Shown here: positions 47,693 to 58,532 of the stretch, piece after piece | Position numbering within the stretch: position 1 is the stretch's first letter | How the letters are laid out: the number at the start of each line of letters is the position of its first letter | Program-made: the position numbers and the translations under genes | The notes under the pieces: model-generated | Told to the model about the DNA's origin: nothing | What the model saw: only the letters and a program-made list of their open reading frames with translations | Database searches by the model: none | Source of the DNA: Patescibacteria group bacterium | Lineage (GTDB): Bacteria > Patescibacteriota > WWE3 > UBA101185 > UBA10185 | Direction: 5' to 3' | Length of the DNA: 64,000 bases | NCBI GenBank assembly: GCA_018825365.1 | Contig: JAHJEV010000003.1 | Coordinates: forward strand, 174,619-238,618

Positions 47693-50671
47693 CTAAAACA
47701 TTTTTAAAGCTTGTGAGGTATACGATTCTTTGCATTTTTTAAGATTCTCAAGCGTTCCTTCAAACATAATCTTTCCACCTGCATCTCCGCCATCAGGCCC
47801 TAAATCTATCACCCAATCACAATTTCTAATCACATCCAAGTTGTGTTCTATCATAACAACCGTGTTTCCCCTTACAGTTAGTCTTTTGCATATCGCAATC
47901 AGATTTTCGAGATCAGCAAAATGAAGACCAGTTGTGGGTTCGTCAAGAATATAAAGAGTGCTTCCGGTTGATTTTTTTGATAACTCTAAGGCAAGTTTAA
48001 CCCTTTGAGCTTCTCCTCCTGAAAGAGTCGGAGCGGGCTGACCCAGTTTTATGTACCCCAAACCTACATCATTTAAAGTTTTAAGTTTTCTTCTTATCTG
48101 AGGAATATTTTCAAAAAATCTCAAAGCCTCCTCAACATTCATATCCAAAACATTAGCTATGTTTTTTCCTTTGTACTCAATTTCCAAAGCTTCTCTGTTG
48201 TATCTTTTTCCTTCACAGACTTCACATGTAACATAAACGTCCGGCATAAACTGCATTTCAATTTTTATCTGACCTTCTCCATTACACGCCTCACATCTAC
48301 CACCCTTCACATTAAAACTAAACCTACCCTGTTTGTAACCTCTAAGCCTCGCATCTTGAGTTTGAGAAAAAAGATCTCTTACAAAATCAAAAACTTTGGT
48401 GTATGTCGCGGGATTTGATTTTGGTGTCCTACCAATAGGACTTTGGTCTATTGCAATTACATTTGAAATGTTTTCAACTCCGGAAAGACTCTCGAATGTT
48501 TCCGCCTTTTGCTCAATTTTTAATCCAAATTCTTGTCTTAAAGCCAAATACAAAGTGTCCATTATCAAGGTTGATTTTCCGGATCCCGATACTCCCGTAA
48601 CACATGTAAATTTTCCAAGTGGAATATTTAAATCAATTTTTTTAAGATTTCTTCCGGAGGCTTTTTTTAAAGTTATGCATTTTCCTTCAACCTTCTTTTT
48701 GACTTTATGATTGGTTTCTTCCTCTAAAAGTTCATCTAACTCATCAGGCTTATAGGTCCCACCTTTTCCAACCATTAATTTTTTACAGAGGTATCTTCCG
48801 GTAAGAGAACCCGGGTTTTTCATTATTTCCTGTGGAGTTCCCTGCGCAATTATTTTTCCACCATGTTCCCCAGCCCCGGGTCCAAAATCAAAGATGTAGT
48901 CACTTTCAAGCATAGTTTCCGCATCATGTTCAACCACTACAACGGTATTTCCCAAATCTCTTAATTGGTGAAGTGTCCTTATTAGCTTTCCTTGGTCTCT
49001 TTGATGAAGACCTAATGACGGCTCATCTAAAACATACAAAACCCCGGACAAACCCGATCCGATTTGAGAGGCCAACCTTATTCTTTGAGCTTCCCCTCCC
49101 GAAAGTTCGGATGAAGAACGGCTTAGAGTCAAATATGCCAATCCCACATCAATTAAAAATTTAAGTCTGTAGTTTATTTCTTTAAGAATCGTACTCGCTA
49201 TTTTGTTTTCCCTTTCGGTAAGAAGATTCGGAAGATTTTTGCACCACGTCTGTGCATCGATTATTGAAAGCGACGTGATTTGAGAAATATTTTTATCATC
49301 TATAACAACGGACAGAGATTCCTTTTTGAGTCTCACGCCATTACAAACCGGGCAAAGTTCCTTTATCATGTATTTTTCAATCTCCCCTCTTATAAAATCT
49401 GACTCAGTTTCTTTAAATCTCCTTGCTAAGTTTGGAATAACCCCTTCATACTGAGCCTCAAAAGTTCTTCTTGCCCCATCCTGAGACCGATAAGAAACTT
49501 TAAACCTCCTACCTTTAACTCCATATAAAATTATTTGCCTGTGTTCACGGCTTAGCTCACCTATTGGGGTGTCTTGAGATATTCCGTACTCCAAAGATAC
49601 CGCTTGCACAACCTTTCCGGTCCAACTTGTGTGTTCAAAAAGTTTTGTCCACGGAAGCACCCCGCCCTCACTAATGGATAACCTTGGATTAATAACTAAG
49701 GATTCCTCAACTCTAAGCTGTGTTCCTATACCATCACACGCCACACAGGCTCCATGAGGAGAATTAAATGAAAATGTTCTTGGTTCAATATCTGGTAATG
49801 AAATGTTACAGGAAGGACAGGCAAAGTTTTCAGAAAATAAGTGGTCTTTGAATTTCTTTGGCCTGTCTTCAAATTCAAATGTTTTGTCTTTGACTAGTGT
49901 AACGATCGCACTTCCGTTGCTCATTCTTAGTGCTGTCTCAACAGACTGAAAAATAGCACTTTCAATTTCTTTTTTACCTTTTTCATCTTTAACTTTCTTA
50001 GAGTTTAAAATCTGCCTTGAAACTAACCCATCAACACTATGTTTATTTGTCTTAATAAGCTGAAAATCAGCACCCAATTCTCTTATATCTCCATCTATTC
50101 TTGCTCTCACAATTCCTTGCTTTCTGAGGTTTTCAAAAAGAGTAGAAAACTCACCTTTTCTATCTTTGATTATTGGGGAGAAGATAAAAAATCTAACGCC
50201 ATGCTCAGATTTAAAATCAGGTTCGGTAGACACAAGTTCAAGAATTTTCTGGGTTATTTCATCTAAACTTTGTCTTTTAATCTCTCTTCCACAATTAGGA
50301 CAGTGAGGATGACCAGCTCTTGCATACAAAAGTCTTAGGTAATCATAGATCTCGGTGATTGTCCCTACGGTTGATCTGGGATTTTTGGATGTAGTCTTTT
50401 GATCTATTGCAATTGCTGGTGATAAACCTTCTATTTTGTCTACATCAGGTTTATCCATTACGCCCAAAAATTGTCTTGCGTAGGCAGAAAGGCTCTCTAC
50501 ATATCTTCTTTGACCCTCAGCATAGATCGTGTCCATAGCAAGAGATGACTTTCCCGAACCTGAGACACCTGTGAAAACCACCATTTTGTTCTTTGGAATA
50601 TCAAGATCTATATTTTTAAGGTTGTGCTGTCTCGCGCCTCTTATCTGGATAAAGTTTAATGAATCTTTCAT
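47693..50671 (-). CDS. uvrA: Excinuclease ABC subunit A
   Basis: Two GVSGSGKS Walker A motifs, LSGGEAQR twice, Zn fingers. Confidence 0.98.
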   Translation of the reverse strand: MKDSLNFIQIRGARQHNLKNIDLDIPKNKMVVFTGVSGSGKSSLAMDTIYAEGQRRYVESLSAYARQFLGVMDKPDVDKIEGLSPAIAIDQKTTSKNPRSTVGTITEIYDYLRLLYARAGHPHCPNCGREIKRQSLDEITQKILELVSTEPDFKSEHGVRFFIFSPIIKDRKGEFSTLFENLRKQGIVRARIDGDIRELGADFQLIKTNKHSVDGLVSRQILNSKKVKDEKGKKEIESAIFQSVETALRMSNGSAIVTLVKDKTFEFEDRPKKFKDHLFSENFACPSCNISLPDIEPRTFSFNSPHGACVACDGIGTQLRVEESLVINPRLSISEGGVLPWTKLFEHTSWTGKVVQAVSLEYGISQDTPIGELSREHRQIILYGVKGRRFKVSYRSQDGARRTFEAQYEGVIPNLARRFKETESDFIRGEIEKYMIKELCPVCNGVRLKKESLSVVIDDKNISQITSLSIIDAQTWCKNLPNLLTERENKIASTILKEINYRLKFLIDVGLAYLTLSRSSSELSGGEAQRIRLASQIGSGLSGVLYVLDEPSLGLHQRDQGKLIRTLHQLRDLGNTVVVVEHDAETMLESDYIFDFGPGAGEHGGKIIAQGTPQEIMKNPGSLTGRYLCKKLMVGKGGTYKPDELDELLEEETNHKVKKKVEGKCITLKKASGRNLKKIDLNIPLGKFTCVTGVSGSGKSTLIMDTLYLALRQEFGLKIEQKAETFESLSGVENISNVIAIDQSPIGRTPKSNPATYTKVFDFVRDLFSQTQDARLRGYKQGRFSFNVKGGRCEACNGEGQIKIEMQFMPDVYVTCEVCEGKRYNREALEIEYKGKNIANVLDMNVEEALRFFENIPQIRRKLKTLNDVGLGYIKLGQPAPTLSGGEAQRVKLALELSKKSTGSTLYILDEPTTGLHFADLENLIAICKRLTVRGNTVVMIEHNLDVIRNCDWVIDLGPDGGDAGGKIMFEGTLENLKKCKESYTSQALKMF

Positions 50672-50822
50672 GACCAAATCATTGTACAAGATTACTTAAT
50701 AATTTGTCTACGGGTTTTATTTGGGTTATTGGGGCACAAAAAACGGACCCAGAGATTTTTCAATCTAAAGATCCGTGTATTTTTATTTACCAAGTGGCGG
50801 CTTGGTATCTAGCTAACTAATC

Positions 50823-51398
50823 TCATTCGTCTCTTCTAAACTTGAGTTTCCCGTTGACATATAGTGTGGACTCACCTGGAAGCACTCGAACACTTACAGG
50901 AGGAATTGCTAAAAGGGTTCCGAAAAGCCTTGCCTCCTCATCGTGAGCGAGCGATGCAATATCACGCTCTACCCTCTGAGGACTCATATTCCCTGCAATC
51001 GCAAGAGCTATGAGATTGTCTATTTCGTCAAGCAGCAGGTCGACCTGGTTTTCATGGATTGTGTGTTTTTTCCGAAAATCCTTCATGACCACAACCATTT
51101 GCGACTTAAACGATCCCCCAAGCTGTCGATTGAATGCCTTTCGGCAGAGCAACTTCCGATTAGCCCTCTCATGGTAACGATCAAAGATCCCCACAGTAAG
51201 CAGAAAGCTCGAAAAACCAAGGAGGAAGTTAAAGATCATTCCCCCCAACCAAGCCCTTGGCGATAAGGGTGATGTAATATCCCAGTTAACGCCAGCGCTG
51301 GCTAAGGTGACCACAGCAATGGCACCGAAGGTCAATCCACCTAAAACAGTAAACCACAGACTAGTGCCACGACTAACATAAAAACTGTTGGCTTTCAT
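50823..51398 (-). CDS. Hypothetical two-TM membrane protein
   Basis: AAGGAG SD; own promoter and long leader; sits between uvrB and uvrA. Confidence 0.7.
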   Translation of the reverse strand: MKANSFYVSRGTSLWFTVLGGLTFGAIAVVTLASAGVNWDITSPLSPRAWLGGMIFNFLLGFSSFLLTVGIFDRYHERANRKLLCRKAFNRQLGGSFKSQMVVVMKDFRKKHTIHENQVDLLLDEIDNLIALAIAGNMSPQRVERDIASLAHDEEARLFGTLLAIPPVSVRVLPGESTLYVNGKLKFRRDE

Positions 51399-51592
51399 TT
51401 TTTTTTCTCCTTATGAGCCTTATAGGCCATATTTTAAGAGCCGGAAAGGGGTCACGCCCCGTATGGCTCTGATACTCTACAGATTCCATCCGCCAATGGA
51501 AACCGCAGGCAAGCTGGGTTTTATTAACTAAAGCCCAAATTACCTGTGGTTTCCCTGTTTTTCAAAGTACCTAAAGAGCTACGGACAGGGGC

Positions 51593-51621
51593 ATTGTAAC
51601 CCAAAACGGTACTTTTGTCAA
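51593..51621 (-). promoter_or_regulatory. Near-consensus sigma70 promoter
   Basis: TTGACA-N17-TACAAT on the minus strand. Confidence 0.75.
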
Positions 51622-51651
51622 TGCTATAGGGTAGCGCTAATGGGGTTCCTT

Positions 51652-53724
51652 TTATAATATTTTTCTTAACTCTCTAATCTTATCCCTAAGAATCGCAGCT
51701 TTTTCAAAATTCAAAACCTCAGCTTCATATTTCATTTCTTTCTCAAGGTTTTTAATGTATTTGTTAATCTCCTGCGGAGGCATTTGTTTGAAATCAATAT
51801 CTTTAAACTCATCTTTCTTCTTTCCTTCAAGCTGCTCCTCAATTTCCTCATCAATCAACTTTTCCCTAATTGGTTTTATAATCTGCTCGGGAGTTATCCC
51901 ATATTCCTCATTGTATTTAAGCTGAATGTTTCGCCTTCTTTCAACTTCATTAATAGCCCTGGTCATACTCCCCGTTACATTATCAGCATACATAACAACC
52001 TCGCCCTGAATATGTCTTGCGGCTCTTCCCATTGTTTGAATAAGCGAAGTTTGGGATCTTAAAAACCCTTCTCTATCGGCATCCAAAATAGCAACCAGGG
52101 AAACTTCCGGAAGATCCAACCCTTCTCTTAAAAGATTTATTCCCACCAAAACATCGTATTCGCCTTTCCTTAGGTTATCCAAAATATTTGTCCTTTCAAG
52201 AGTATCTATGTCTGAATGAAGATAAGTAACTTTAATTTCTTTTTCTATTAAATAGGCCGCAAGTTCCTCAGCCATTCTTTTTGTTAAGGTTGTAACCAAA
52301 ACCCTTTGATGTATGGACACTTTTTCCTCAATTCTTTTCAGCAAATCTTCTATCTGTCCTTTTGTTGGAAGAATTGTAACCTTTGGGTCAATGACCCCTG
52401 TAGGTCTCAAAAGAAGCTCAACTATGTTTCCTTTTGATTTTTCAATTTCCCACTCATCCGGAGTCGCACTAGCATAAACAGTCCTACCTGCCTTCTTTTC
52501 AAACTCCTCAAAGTTAAGAGGTCTATTATCAAAAGCTGATGGAAGTCTGAATCCATAATTTATTAAAGTTTCTTTTCTTGCGTGATCTCCGTTAAACATC
52601 CCCCTTATTTGAGGAACCGTCATGTGAGACTCATCTATTACCAAAAGATAGTCTTTGGGGAAAAACCCAAGAAGTGAATAAGGGGCATCTCCAGGTTTTC
52701 TGCCGTCAAAATATCTAGAGTAATTCTCAATTCCCTTGCAATAACCAAGCTCCTCCATCATTTCTATATCGTAATTAGTCCTTTGCTCAAGTCTGTATGC
52801 TTCAATCTGTTTTCCGGCATCTCTAAGTTCTTTCAAACGTATTTCCAAGTCTTTTTTAATATTCTCGATCGCGTCTTTTCTTTTCTCCTCAGCCGTGATG
52901 TAGTGTTTAGCAGGATATATGACTGTTACATATTGGTCACTTTGCAGTCTGTGTTCCAAATAATCCTGTTCATTCTGCACGTACTCTCTTGCATGTCCGC
53001 CTCTTCTGACTTCGGGAAGATTTTCAAGTGAAATCGTTGTCCCAGTCAAAGGATCAAAATGGGTAATATTCATTAATGTATCGTTGTATATTTCCAACCT
53101 CACGGCGTAATCTACGTAAGCGGGGAAAACATCTACTACTTCTCCCACGACTCTGTAAGTTCCTCTTTTGAAATCAAAATCAGATCTCTCGTAATGAGTT
53201 TGAGAAAGCCTTATTAAAAGATCCGCAAGCCTTAGTTTCATCCCTTTTTTGAGTTCGATCGCAACTTTACTGTACTCGGCGGGAGAACCGAGGTTATAAA
53301 TACAAGAAACTGACGAAACTACAATTACATCCTTTCTGGTCATAAGAGAAGTTGTTGCAGAAAGTCTAAGTTTATCTATTTTCTCGTTTATATCCGCATC
53401 TTTTTCTATATACGTGTCTGTAGAGGGAATATAACTTTCGGGTTGGTAGTAATCGTAGTAACTTACAAAATATTCAACAGCATTTTTAGGAAAAAATTCC
53501 CTAAATTCCTGATAAAGCTGAGCCGCTAACGTTTTGTTGTGGGAAATTACAAGCGTTGGCTTGTTAATATTTTTAATTACATTTGCTATTACGTAAGTTT
53601 TCCCACTACCAGTAACGCCCAGTAAAACTTGATCTTTAATATTTTTTTCCAGGTTTTCTGTGAGTTTTTCTATCGCCTGGGGCTGATCGCCTGTTGGTTT
53701 AAACGGAGCTTTTAAATTAAACAT
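51652..53724 (-). CDS. uvrB: Excinuclease ABC subunit B
   Basis: PTGDQP, GVTGSGKT, YYDYYQPE, DESH, GRAAR, C-terminal UVR domain. Confidence 0.98.
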   Translation of the reverse strand: MFNLKAPFKPTGDQPQAIEKLTENLEKNIKDQVLLGVTGSGKTYVIANVIKNINKPTLVISHNKTLAAQLYQEFREFFPKNAVEYFVSYYDYYQPESYIPSTDTYIEKDADINEKIDKLRLSATTSLMTRKDVIVVSSVSCIYNLGSPAEYSKVAIELKKGMKLRLADLLIRLSQTHYERSDFDFKRGTYRVVGEVVDVFPAYVDYAVRLEIYNDTLMNITHFDPLTGTTISLENLPEVRRGGHAREYVQNEQDYLEHRLQSDQYVTVIYPAKHYITAEEKRKDAIENIKKDLEIRLKELRDAGKQIEAYRLEQRTNYDIEMMEELGYCKGIENYSRYFDGRKPGDAPYSLLGFFPKDYLLVIDESHMTVPQIRGMFNGDHARKETLINYGFRLPSAFDNRPLNFEEFEKKAGRTVYASATPDEWEIEKSKGNIVELLLRPTGVIDPKVTILPTKGQIEDLLKRIEEKVSIHQRVLVTTLTKRMAEELAAYLIEKEIKVTYLHSDIDTLERTNILDNLRKGEYDVLVGINLLREGLDLPEVSLVAILDADREGFLRSQTSLIQTMGRAARHIQGEVVMYADNVTGSMTRAINEVERRRNIQLKYNEEYGITPEQIIKPIREKLIDEEIEEQLEGKKKDEFKDIDFKQMPPQEINKYIKNLEKEMKYEAEVLNFEKAAILRDKIRELRKIL

Positions 53725-53804
53725 TTCGGAATAATAATATCAGGTTTCGGGTATTATTTGTATATTTAGTGTTTTTATTTGAAAATTCTTTTTTATGGTT
53801 GAGT

Positions 53805-55139
53805 CTATCGGTTAGAACCTTTTAATAACCACTCTCGTTTGGTAAGCGTAGACTCCCTCAAATCTCCTGATAAAGAAAGCAATATTTTTGTGATTCTTGC
53901 TATATCGTCAACTATCTCCTGTTCGTTTACATTTGGTTGCACTGATGATGCAAACCTCCCGGTATATTCCACCTCCATTTCATAGAGCTTTCTTTCCGAA
54001 GTTTGACAAATATCGAAAGAAATGTGATATATCCTTCTTGTTTCCGGATTTTCAACCCAAAAAGCTTTTCTGTACCGATATAGCTCTCCCTGTAATCTAC
54101 CTTTTTTGAGTATCTCGGGTTGTATATTTTCGAATCTCTGTTTAGTCTCGGATCTTTTTAAAATACATTTAAGATTTTCAGAGTTACTACATACTTTTAC
54201 TTTCCCTTTTCTTACAACACTCATGTAGTCGGGACGCAGTAATACTTTGAATGATTCTTTGGAGTTTTTATAATACTGGTTGATACTAGACGACTCAAAA
54301 ACGTGTTTAAAATGGCTGGGTATCTTATACGCGTATTTTCCAGACCTAAGAGCATTAAATACTAACGGGAACACCGACTCAGTTTTTGATACCAGCTTTG
54401 ATTCTATCTCGCACTCTTTTAGTTCTTTTAGAAAAAATATACTATCCTTTTTATACATATACTTACAAAGTAAATTGTAAGCTTGGCCTTTTTTGGAAAT
54501 CACTGGAATGACTTTTAGATCCGATTTTAATTTTTCGATGAGACCAATAAGTTTTTTTGAGTTTCCTTTGGTCTTTATTTCTAACCTTGGATAAGGCTCC
54601 GTGCCAATCAACACGGGATTTTTTTGTTTGTTGTCGAAATAAAAGTATCTGGTATTTTTGTCTATGGAGAATCTTGCGTACACGCCTTTTCCGTCATTAT
54701 AAACATAATGTTGACGTTTATACTTAAGCATAAAAAACGGTCTTAATGTCATTATTTTTTTACCGTATTTTTTATTTGCGATGTCTAAAGCCTCTTTTAG
54801 AGTCACTCTTATACGAGTTTTGTATTTTAAATCATCCCTTCTTTCTTTAATGTCAAAAAACCATTTTCCTCGAAATGTTCTGGGTTCTGACTTGTGTTTA
54901 GCCGGAAGATACCTTCTGGTCTTCAAAGTCAGAAGAAAAGGCAAACTGTGATCGTCGTTTGAGAAGTATATTGTCTGAACCACCTCATTATCGGAAAATT
55001 TATGTCGCTCTAAATTTCGTTTTAATAAACCAATAAAATCGGGGGAGAACGGGATATACCTCTCCTCTTTTCTTTTAGGCAGGTCTGTTTTAATGGTTAT
55101 TATTTCATGCATAATGACGGCTTCTACGCCGAGAAACAT
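53805..55139 (-). CDS. Putative tandem CYTH/VTC (triphosphate tunnel) domain protein
   Basis: N half EERY, TIYF, YKRQHY, RFSID, LEIK, ISK; C half EIESK, YRKAF, ISFD, EMEVEY, TKREW; start may be 55112. Confidence 0.6.
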   Translation of the reverse strand: MFLGVEAVIMHEIITIKTDLPKRKEERYIPFSPDFIGLLKRNLERHKFSDNEVVQTIYFSNDDHSLPFLLTLKTRRYLPAKHKSEPRTFRGKWFFDIKERRDDLKYKTRIRVTLKEALDIANKKYGKKIMTLRPFFMLKYKRQHYVYNDGKGVYARFSIDKNTRYFYFDNKQKNPVLIGTEPYPRLEIKTKGNSKKLIGLIEKLKSDLKVIPVISKKGQAYNLLCKYMYKKDSIFFLKELKECEIESKLVSKTESVFPLVFNALRSGKYAYKIPSHFKHVFESSSINQYYKNSKESFKVLLRPDYMSVVRKGKVKVCSNSENLKCILKRSETKQRFENIQPEILKKGRLQGELYRYRKAFWVENPETRRIYHISFDICQTSERKLYEMEVEYTGRFASSVQPNVNEQEIVDDIARITKILLSLSGDLRESTLTKREWLLKGSNR

Positions 55140-55176
55140 CTGAAACTTTCCAGCTTCATACCTTGGATTTTACCAT

Positions 55177-55824
55177 TTATTCGACCTGTTTTACCTTCAG
55201 CTTGCTTTTAACAATCTCCAAAATCATCGGTAAAACGGAAATTACAATAATTACCAAAATCACAACAGAAAAATTATTCCTCACGAAAGGTATATTTCCA
55301 AAGAAAAACCCCGCCAGCGTAGCAATCAGTACCCATGCAATTCCGCCGATAATGTTAAACGAAATAAACTTTCCGTAATTCATTTTCCCTACCCCTGCAA
55401 CAAACGGAGCAAATGTTCTAACGATTGGAACAAATCTTGCCAGAATAATTGTTTTCCCACCGTATTTTTCAAAAAACTCCTTAGTCTTATCAATATGTTC
55501 TTTTTTTATCGGAACTCTCGGATTTGCTATTAATTTCTCACCAAAAAAGTGGCCAATCCAGTAATTGCAGGTATCACCTAAAACAGCAGCAACAATCATA
55601 AGCCCCAAAAGTGCAAAAATATTAAGTGAACCTAGTGCCGCGAATGCCCCGGCGGCAAAAAGTAGTGAGTCTCCTGGTAGAAATGGAGTAAATACAATTC
55701 CGGTTTCAATGAAAATAACGAAAAACATTATCGCATATGTAGCTACCCCATATGTTGAGATTATTTGTCCAAGGTGAGTGTCGATGTGAAGAACAAAATC
55801 TATTAGGAAATTTATTATAATCAT
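55177..55824 (-). CDS. dedA: DedA family membrane protein
   Basis: ETG...PFLPGDSLLFAAG, ARFVPIVRTFAPFVAG. Confidence 0.95.
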   Translation of the reverse strand: MIIINFLIDFVLHIDTHLGQIISTYGVATYAIMFFVIFIETGIVFTPFLPGDSLLFAAGAFAALGSLNIFALLGLMIVAAVLGDTCNYWIGHFFGEKLIANPRVPIKKEHIDKTKEFFEKYGGKTIILARFVPIVRTFAPFVAGVGKMNYGKFISFNIIGGIAWVLIATLAGFFFGNIPFVRNNFSVVILVIIVISVLPMILEIVKSKLKVKQVE

Positions 55825-55953
55825 TGAGTAATTTTAATTGAATACGAAAACCTAAGCAAGAAACCCCTTGACATCTTCGTGTATTGTTCGGTATCGTATA
55901 CATACGAAGAAAATCCGTAACATTCTTCAAATAAATTTTCTAAAGGAGGAAAA

Positions 55954-56586
55954 ATGAGCCCCGTAACTCTTTATAAAAAACAAAAACAAATTTTAGATTT
56001 TATCTCTCAGTATATTCAGATGAATGGGTTCTCCCCCACCCTCCAGGAAATTGCAGACTCCATGAATCTTTCCTCTTTGGCAACAGTTCACGAACACCTT
56101 CAAGCGTTAGAAAGAAAGGGAATTATAAGAAAATTCGAAGGAGCCGTTAGAGGTATTGAGATAGTCGACAGCTCTGTAAACGCAAATTTAAATGCAGTTG
56201 AACTCCCATTAATAGGCTACATTGCAGCAGGACAGCCTATTGAGGCGATAGAAAATCCCCTATCAACAGTGATGGTGTCCCCAGATATGGTTTCAAAATC
56301 AAAAAGGTGCTTTGTTTTGCAAGTTAGAGGAGATTCCATGATTGGGGAAGGCATCATAGACGGAGATTTTGTAGTTTTAAAACAACAGGAGACAGCAGAA
56401 AATGGTCAGATAGTTGTTGCTTTGATAGACAATGGTTTCGCAACTCTAAAAACTTTCCATAGAGAAAAAAATGGAAAGATAAGACTTCAACCAGCCAACG
56501 ATAAAATGCATCCAATCATGGTGGAAGCTGATAATTGCAAGGTCCAGGGAGTGGTTACCGGCATCGTAAGAAGATATAGTCACTGA
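55954..56586 (+). CDS. lexA: SOS repressor LexA
   Basis: wHTH (PTLQEIA), Ala-Gly cleavage site (IAAGQP), GDSM Ser, TLK Lys; AAGGAGG SD. Confidence 0.95.
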   Translation: MSPVTLYKKQKQILDFISQYIQMNGFSPTLQEIADSMNLSSLATVHEHLQALERKGIIRKFEGAVRGIEIVDSSVNANLNAVELPLIGYIAAGQPIEAIENPLSTVMVSPDMVSKSKRCFVLQVRGDSMIGEGIIDGDFVVLKQQETAENGQIVVALIDNGFATLKTFHREKNGKIRLQPANDKMHPIMVEADNCKVQGVVTGIVRRYSH

Positions 56587-56633
56587 TTCAAATTTATTGT
56601 CTCAGTTAATAAACTCCTGTAAACTCAAACTAT

Positions 56634-57308
56634 ATGACTGGTGTAAATCCGTCAGCTGAATTAGAAGAGGCCAAAAATTTACTTAACTATAAAGATGTTA
56701 CAGAACTCCCAAAACAGGAATCGGATGAATTTCCTACCATCTATATTTTTAGACACGGACAAACTGAGGACAACGAAAAATATATTTTCAGCGGCTGGAG
56801 AGAATCAAAACTTACCAAAGAAGGAGAGGAACAATCTCTGATATTGGCCGGTAAACTTAAAGATAAGAAAATAGATCGACTCATTTCTTCTCCTCAAATA
56901 AGGGCGGTAGACACTATGAAGCTTGCAATGTCAAAAAATGAGAGTGCCAAAAATATCACGATAGAAACTAATGAAAGGATAAAAGAGAGATCATACGGGG
57001 ACCTCACAGGCAAAAGCAAGCTTGAAATACAACTAGAAGATCCCAAGAAGCTTAAGAAAATAAGAAGGTCGTATGATTTTGTACCCCCAAACGGAGAAAG
57101 CATCGAGATGGTGTGCAAAAGGGTCGGGGAATTCTGCGAAGATCTGATCCAAAGTATTAAAGGAACAAAAACTAACGTTGCGATTTCCTGCCACGGTAAT
57201 TCAATCAGAGGATTCAGGAAATATTTTGAACACTTAGGCAACACCGAAACGGCAGAAATTGAAACACCCCTTGGACAAGATTACGCCGCGTACGTTATAA
57301 AAGGTTAA
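56634..57308 (+). CDS. Histidine phosphatase family, probable dPGM phosphoglycerate mutase
   Basis: RHGQT, FSGW, ERSYGDLTG, RRSY..PPNGES, HGNSIR; next to eno. Confidence 0.85.
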   Translation: MTGVNPSAELEEAKNLLNYKDVTELPKQESDEFPTIYIFRHGQTEDNEKYIFSGWRESKLTKEGEEQSLILAGKLKDKKIDRLISSPQIRAVDTMKLAMSKNESAKNITIETNERIKERSYGDLTGKSKLEIQLEDPKKLKKIRRSYDFVPPNGESIEMVCKRVGEFCEDLIQSIKGTKTNVAISCHGNSIRGFRKYFEHLGNTETAEIETPLGQDYAAYVIKG

Positions 57309-58531
57309 AATCCGTAGAAAATTTCTAGGAGTCTGTTGTATTTAGCAACTCTTTCCCCTCTTGCCGGCGCGCCTGACTTAATAAAATCAGCTTCAACCGC
57401 CACAGCAAGATCCGAAATAAAGGTGTCATTTGGATTCTCGCCACTTCTATGAGAAATGATAACCGCCATCTTTGACTTTCTGGCCTCTTTTATAAACTCC
57501 AAAGTTTCAGTTAGAGTTCCGATTTGGTTTGGTTTCACAATAACTGCGTTTATCATCTTCTCTTTGGCCACACTTCTTAGTATCTCCGGGTTAGTAGCAA
57601 CTAAATCATCCCCAACGATCATCAACTTGTTTGCAAAGTTGCTATGTAGTTCCTTCCAGCCATCTAGATCCTTCTCGAATAAAGGGTCTTCCAGGTAAAT
57701 TAACTCGTACTTTGAAAATAAATTGGAATAGTAATCAATCATTTCTTTTGACGTCAGACTCAAATGCTCCTCACTCACAACATACTTTCCATTTTTATAA
57801 AAGGATCCTGCCGCTGCATCCATCCCAAGAAACACATCGCTGCCAACTTCATAATGACTGTCGATCGCTCTTTTTAGAAAATCTAACGCCGTATCCGCAG
57901 ATAGCCCGTGAGGTTCAAAACCGCCTTCGTCACCAACTCCCGTTTCAAAACCCTCATCAACAAGAAGCCGTTTCAAATCTTTGTAGATTTCAACCCCCAT
58001 CCCTATCGCCTGATTTAAAGGAGTGTTTAATGCAGGAATAACCATGAATTCCTGAAACGATAGATTATTTCTAGCGTGCTTCCCCCCATTTAACACATTA
58101 AATATCGGGGTTGGAAATTTTAATTCCCCCTTGGGTTTTTCTTTCCCGTTATATAAAAAATTTAAATAACTATAAAGTTCCAGGTCTTTTGATTTTGCTG
58201 CTGCTTGAGCTGCCGCCAAGGAAACAGAAATGATGCTGTTTGCTCCCAAACGACTCTTGTCTTTCGTTCCATCCATTTTTATCAGAATTTCATCTATAAG
58301 TTTCTGGTTACCGGGATCTTTTCCTATTAAAATATCGTTGATGGAAGTTGAAACGAAATCGGCCGCCTTTTCCTCGTCAATATACTTGGCCTCATTCTCG
58401 CCAACAGAGGCCCCGGATGGTACCGGTTGAACAACAACAGTTCCATCATCCAGGGAAATTTTTGTTTCTATAGTCCAATCTCCCCTTGAATCTAAAACTC
58501 TTTGGCATCTGACATTTTCGATTCTGGCCAT
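57305..58531 (-). CDS. eno: Enolase
   Basis: LDSRG, VPSGAS, GDEGGF, VGDDL, KPNQIG, SHRSGE, AKYNRLL. Confidence 0.96.
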   Translation of the reverse strand: MARIENVRCQRVLDSRGDWTIETKISLDDGTVVVQPVPSGASVGENEAKYIDEEKAADFVSTSINDILIGKDPGNQKLIDEILIKMDGTKDKSRLGANSIISVSLAAAQAAAKSKDLELYSYLNFLYNGKEKPKGELKFPTPIFNVLNGGKHARNNLSFQEFMVIPALNTPLNQAIGMGVEIYKDLKRLLVDEGFETGVGDEGGFEPHGLSADTALDFLKRAIDSHYEVGSDVFLGMDAAAGSFYKNGKYVVSEEHLSLTSKEMIDYYSNLFSKYELIYLEDPLFEKDLDGWKELHSNFANKLMIVGDDLVATNPEILRSVAKEKMINAVIVKPNQIGTLTETLEFIKEARKSKMAVIISHRSGENPNDTFISDLAVAVEADFIKSGAPARGERVAKYNRLLEIFYGF

Positions 58532-58532
58532 A

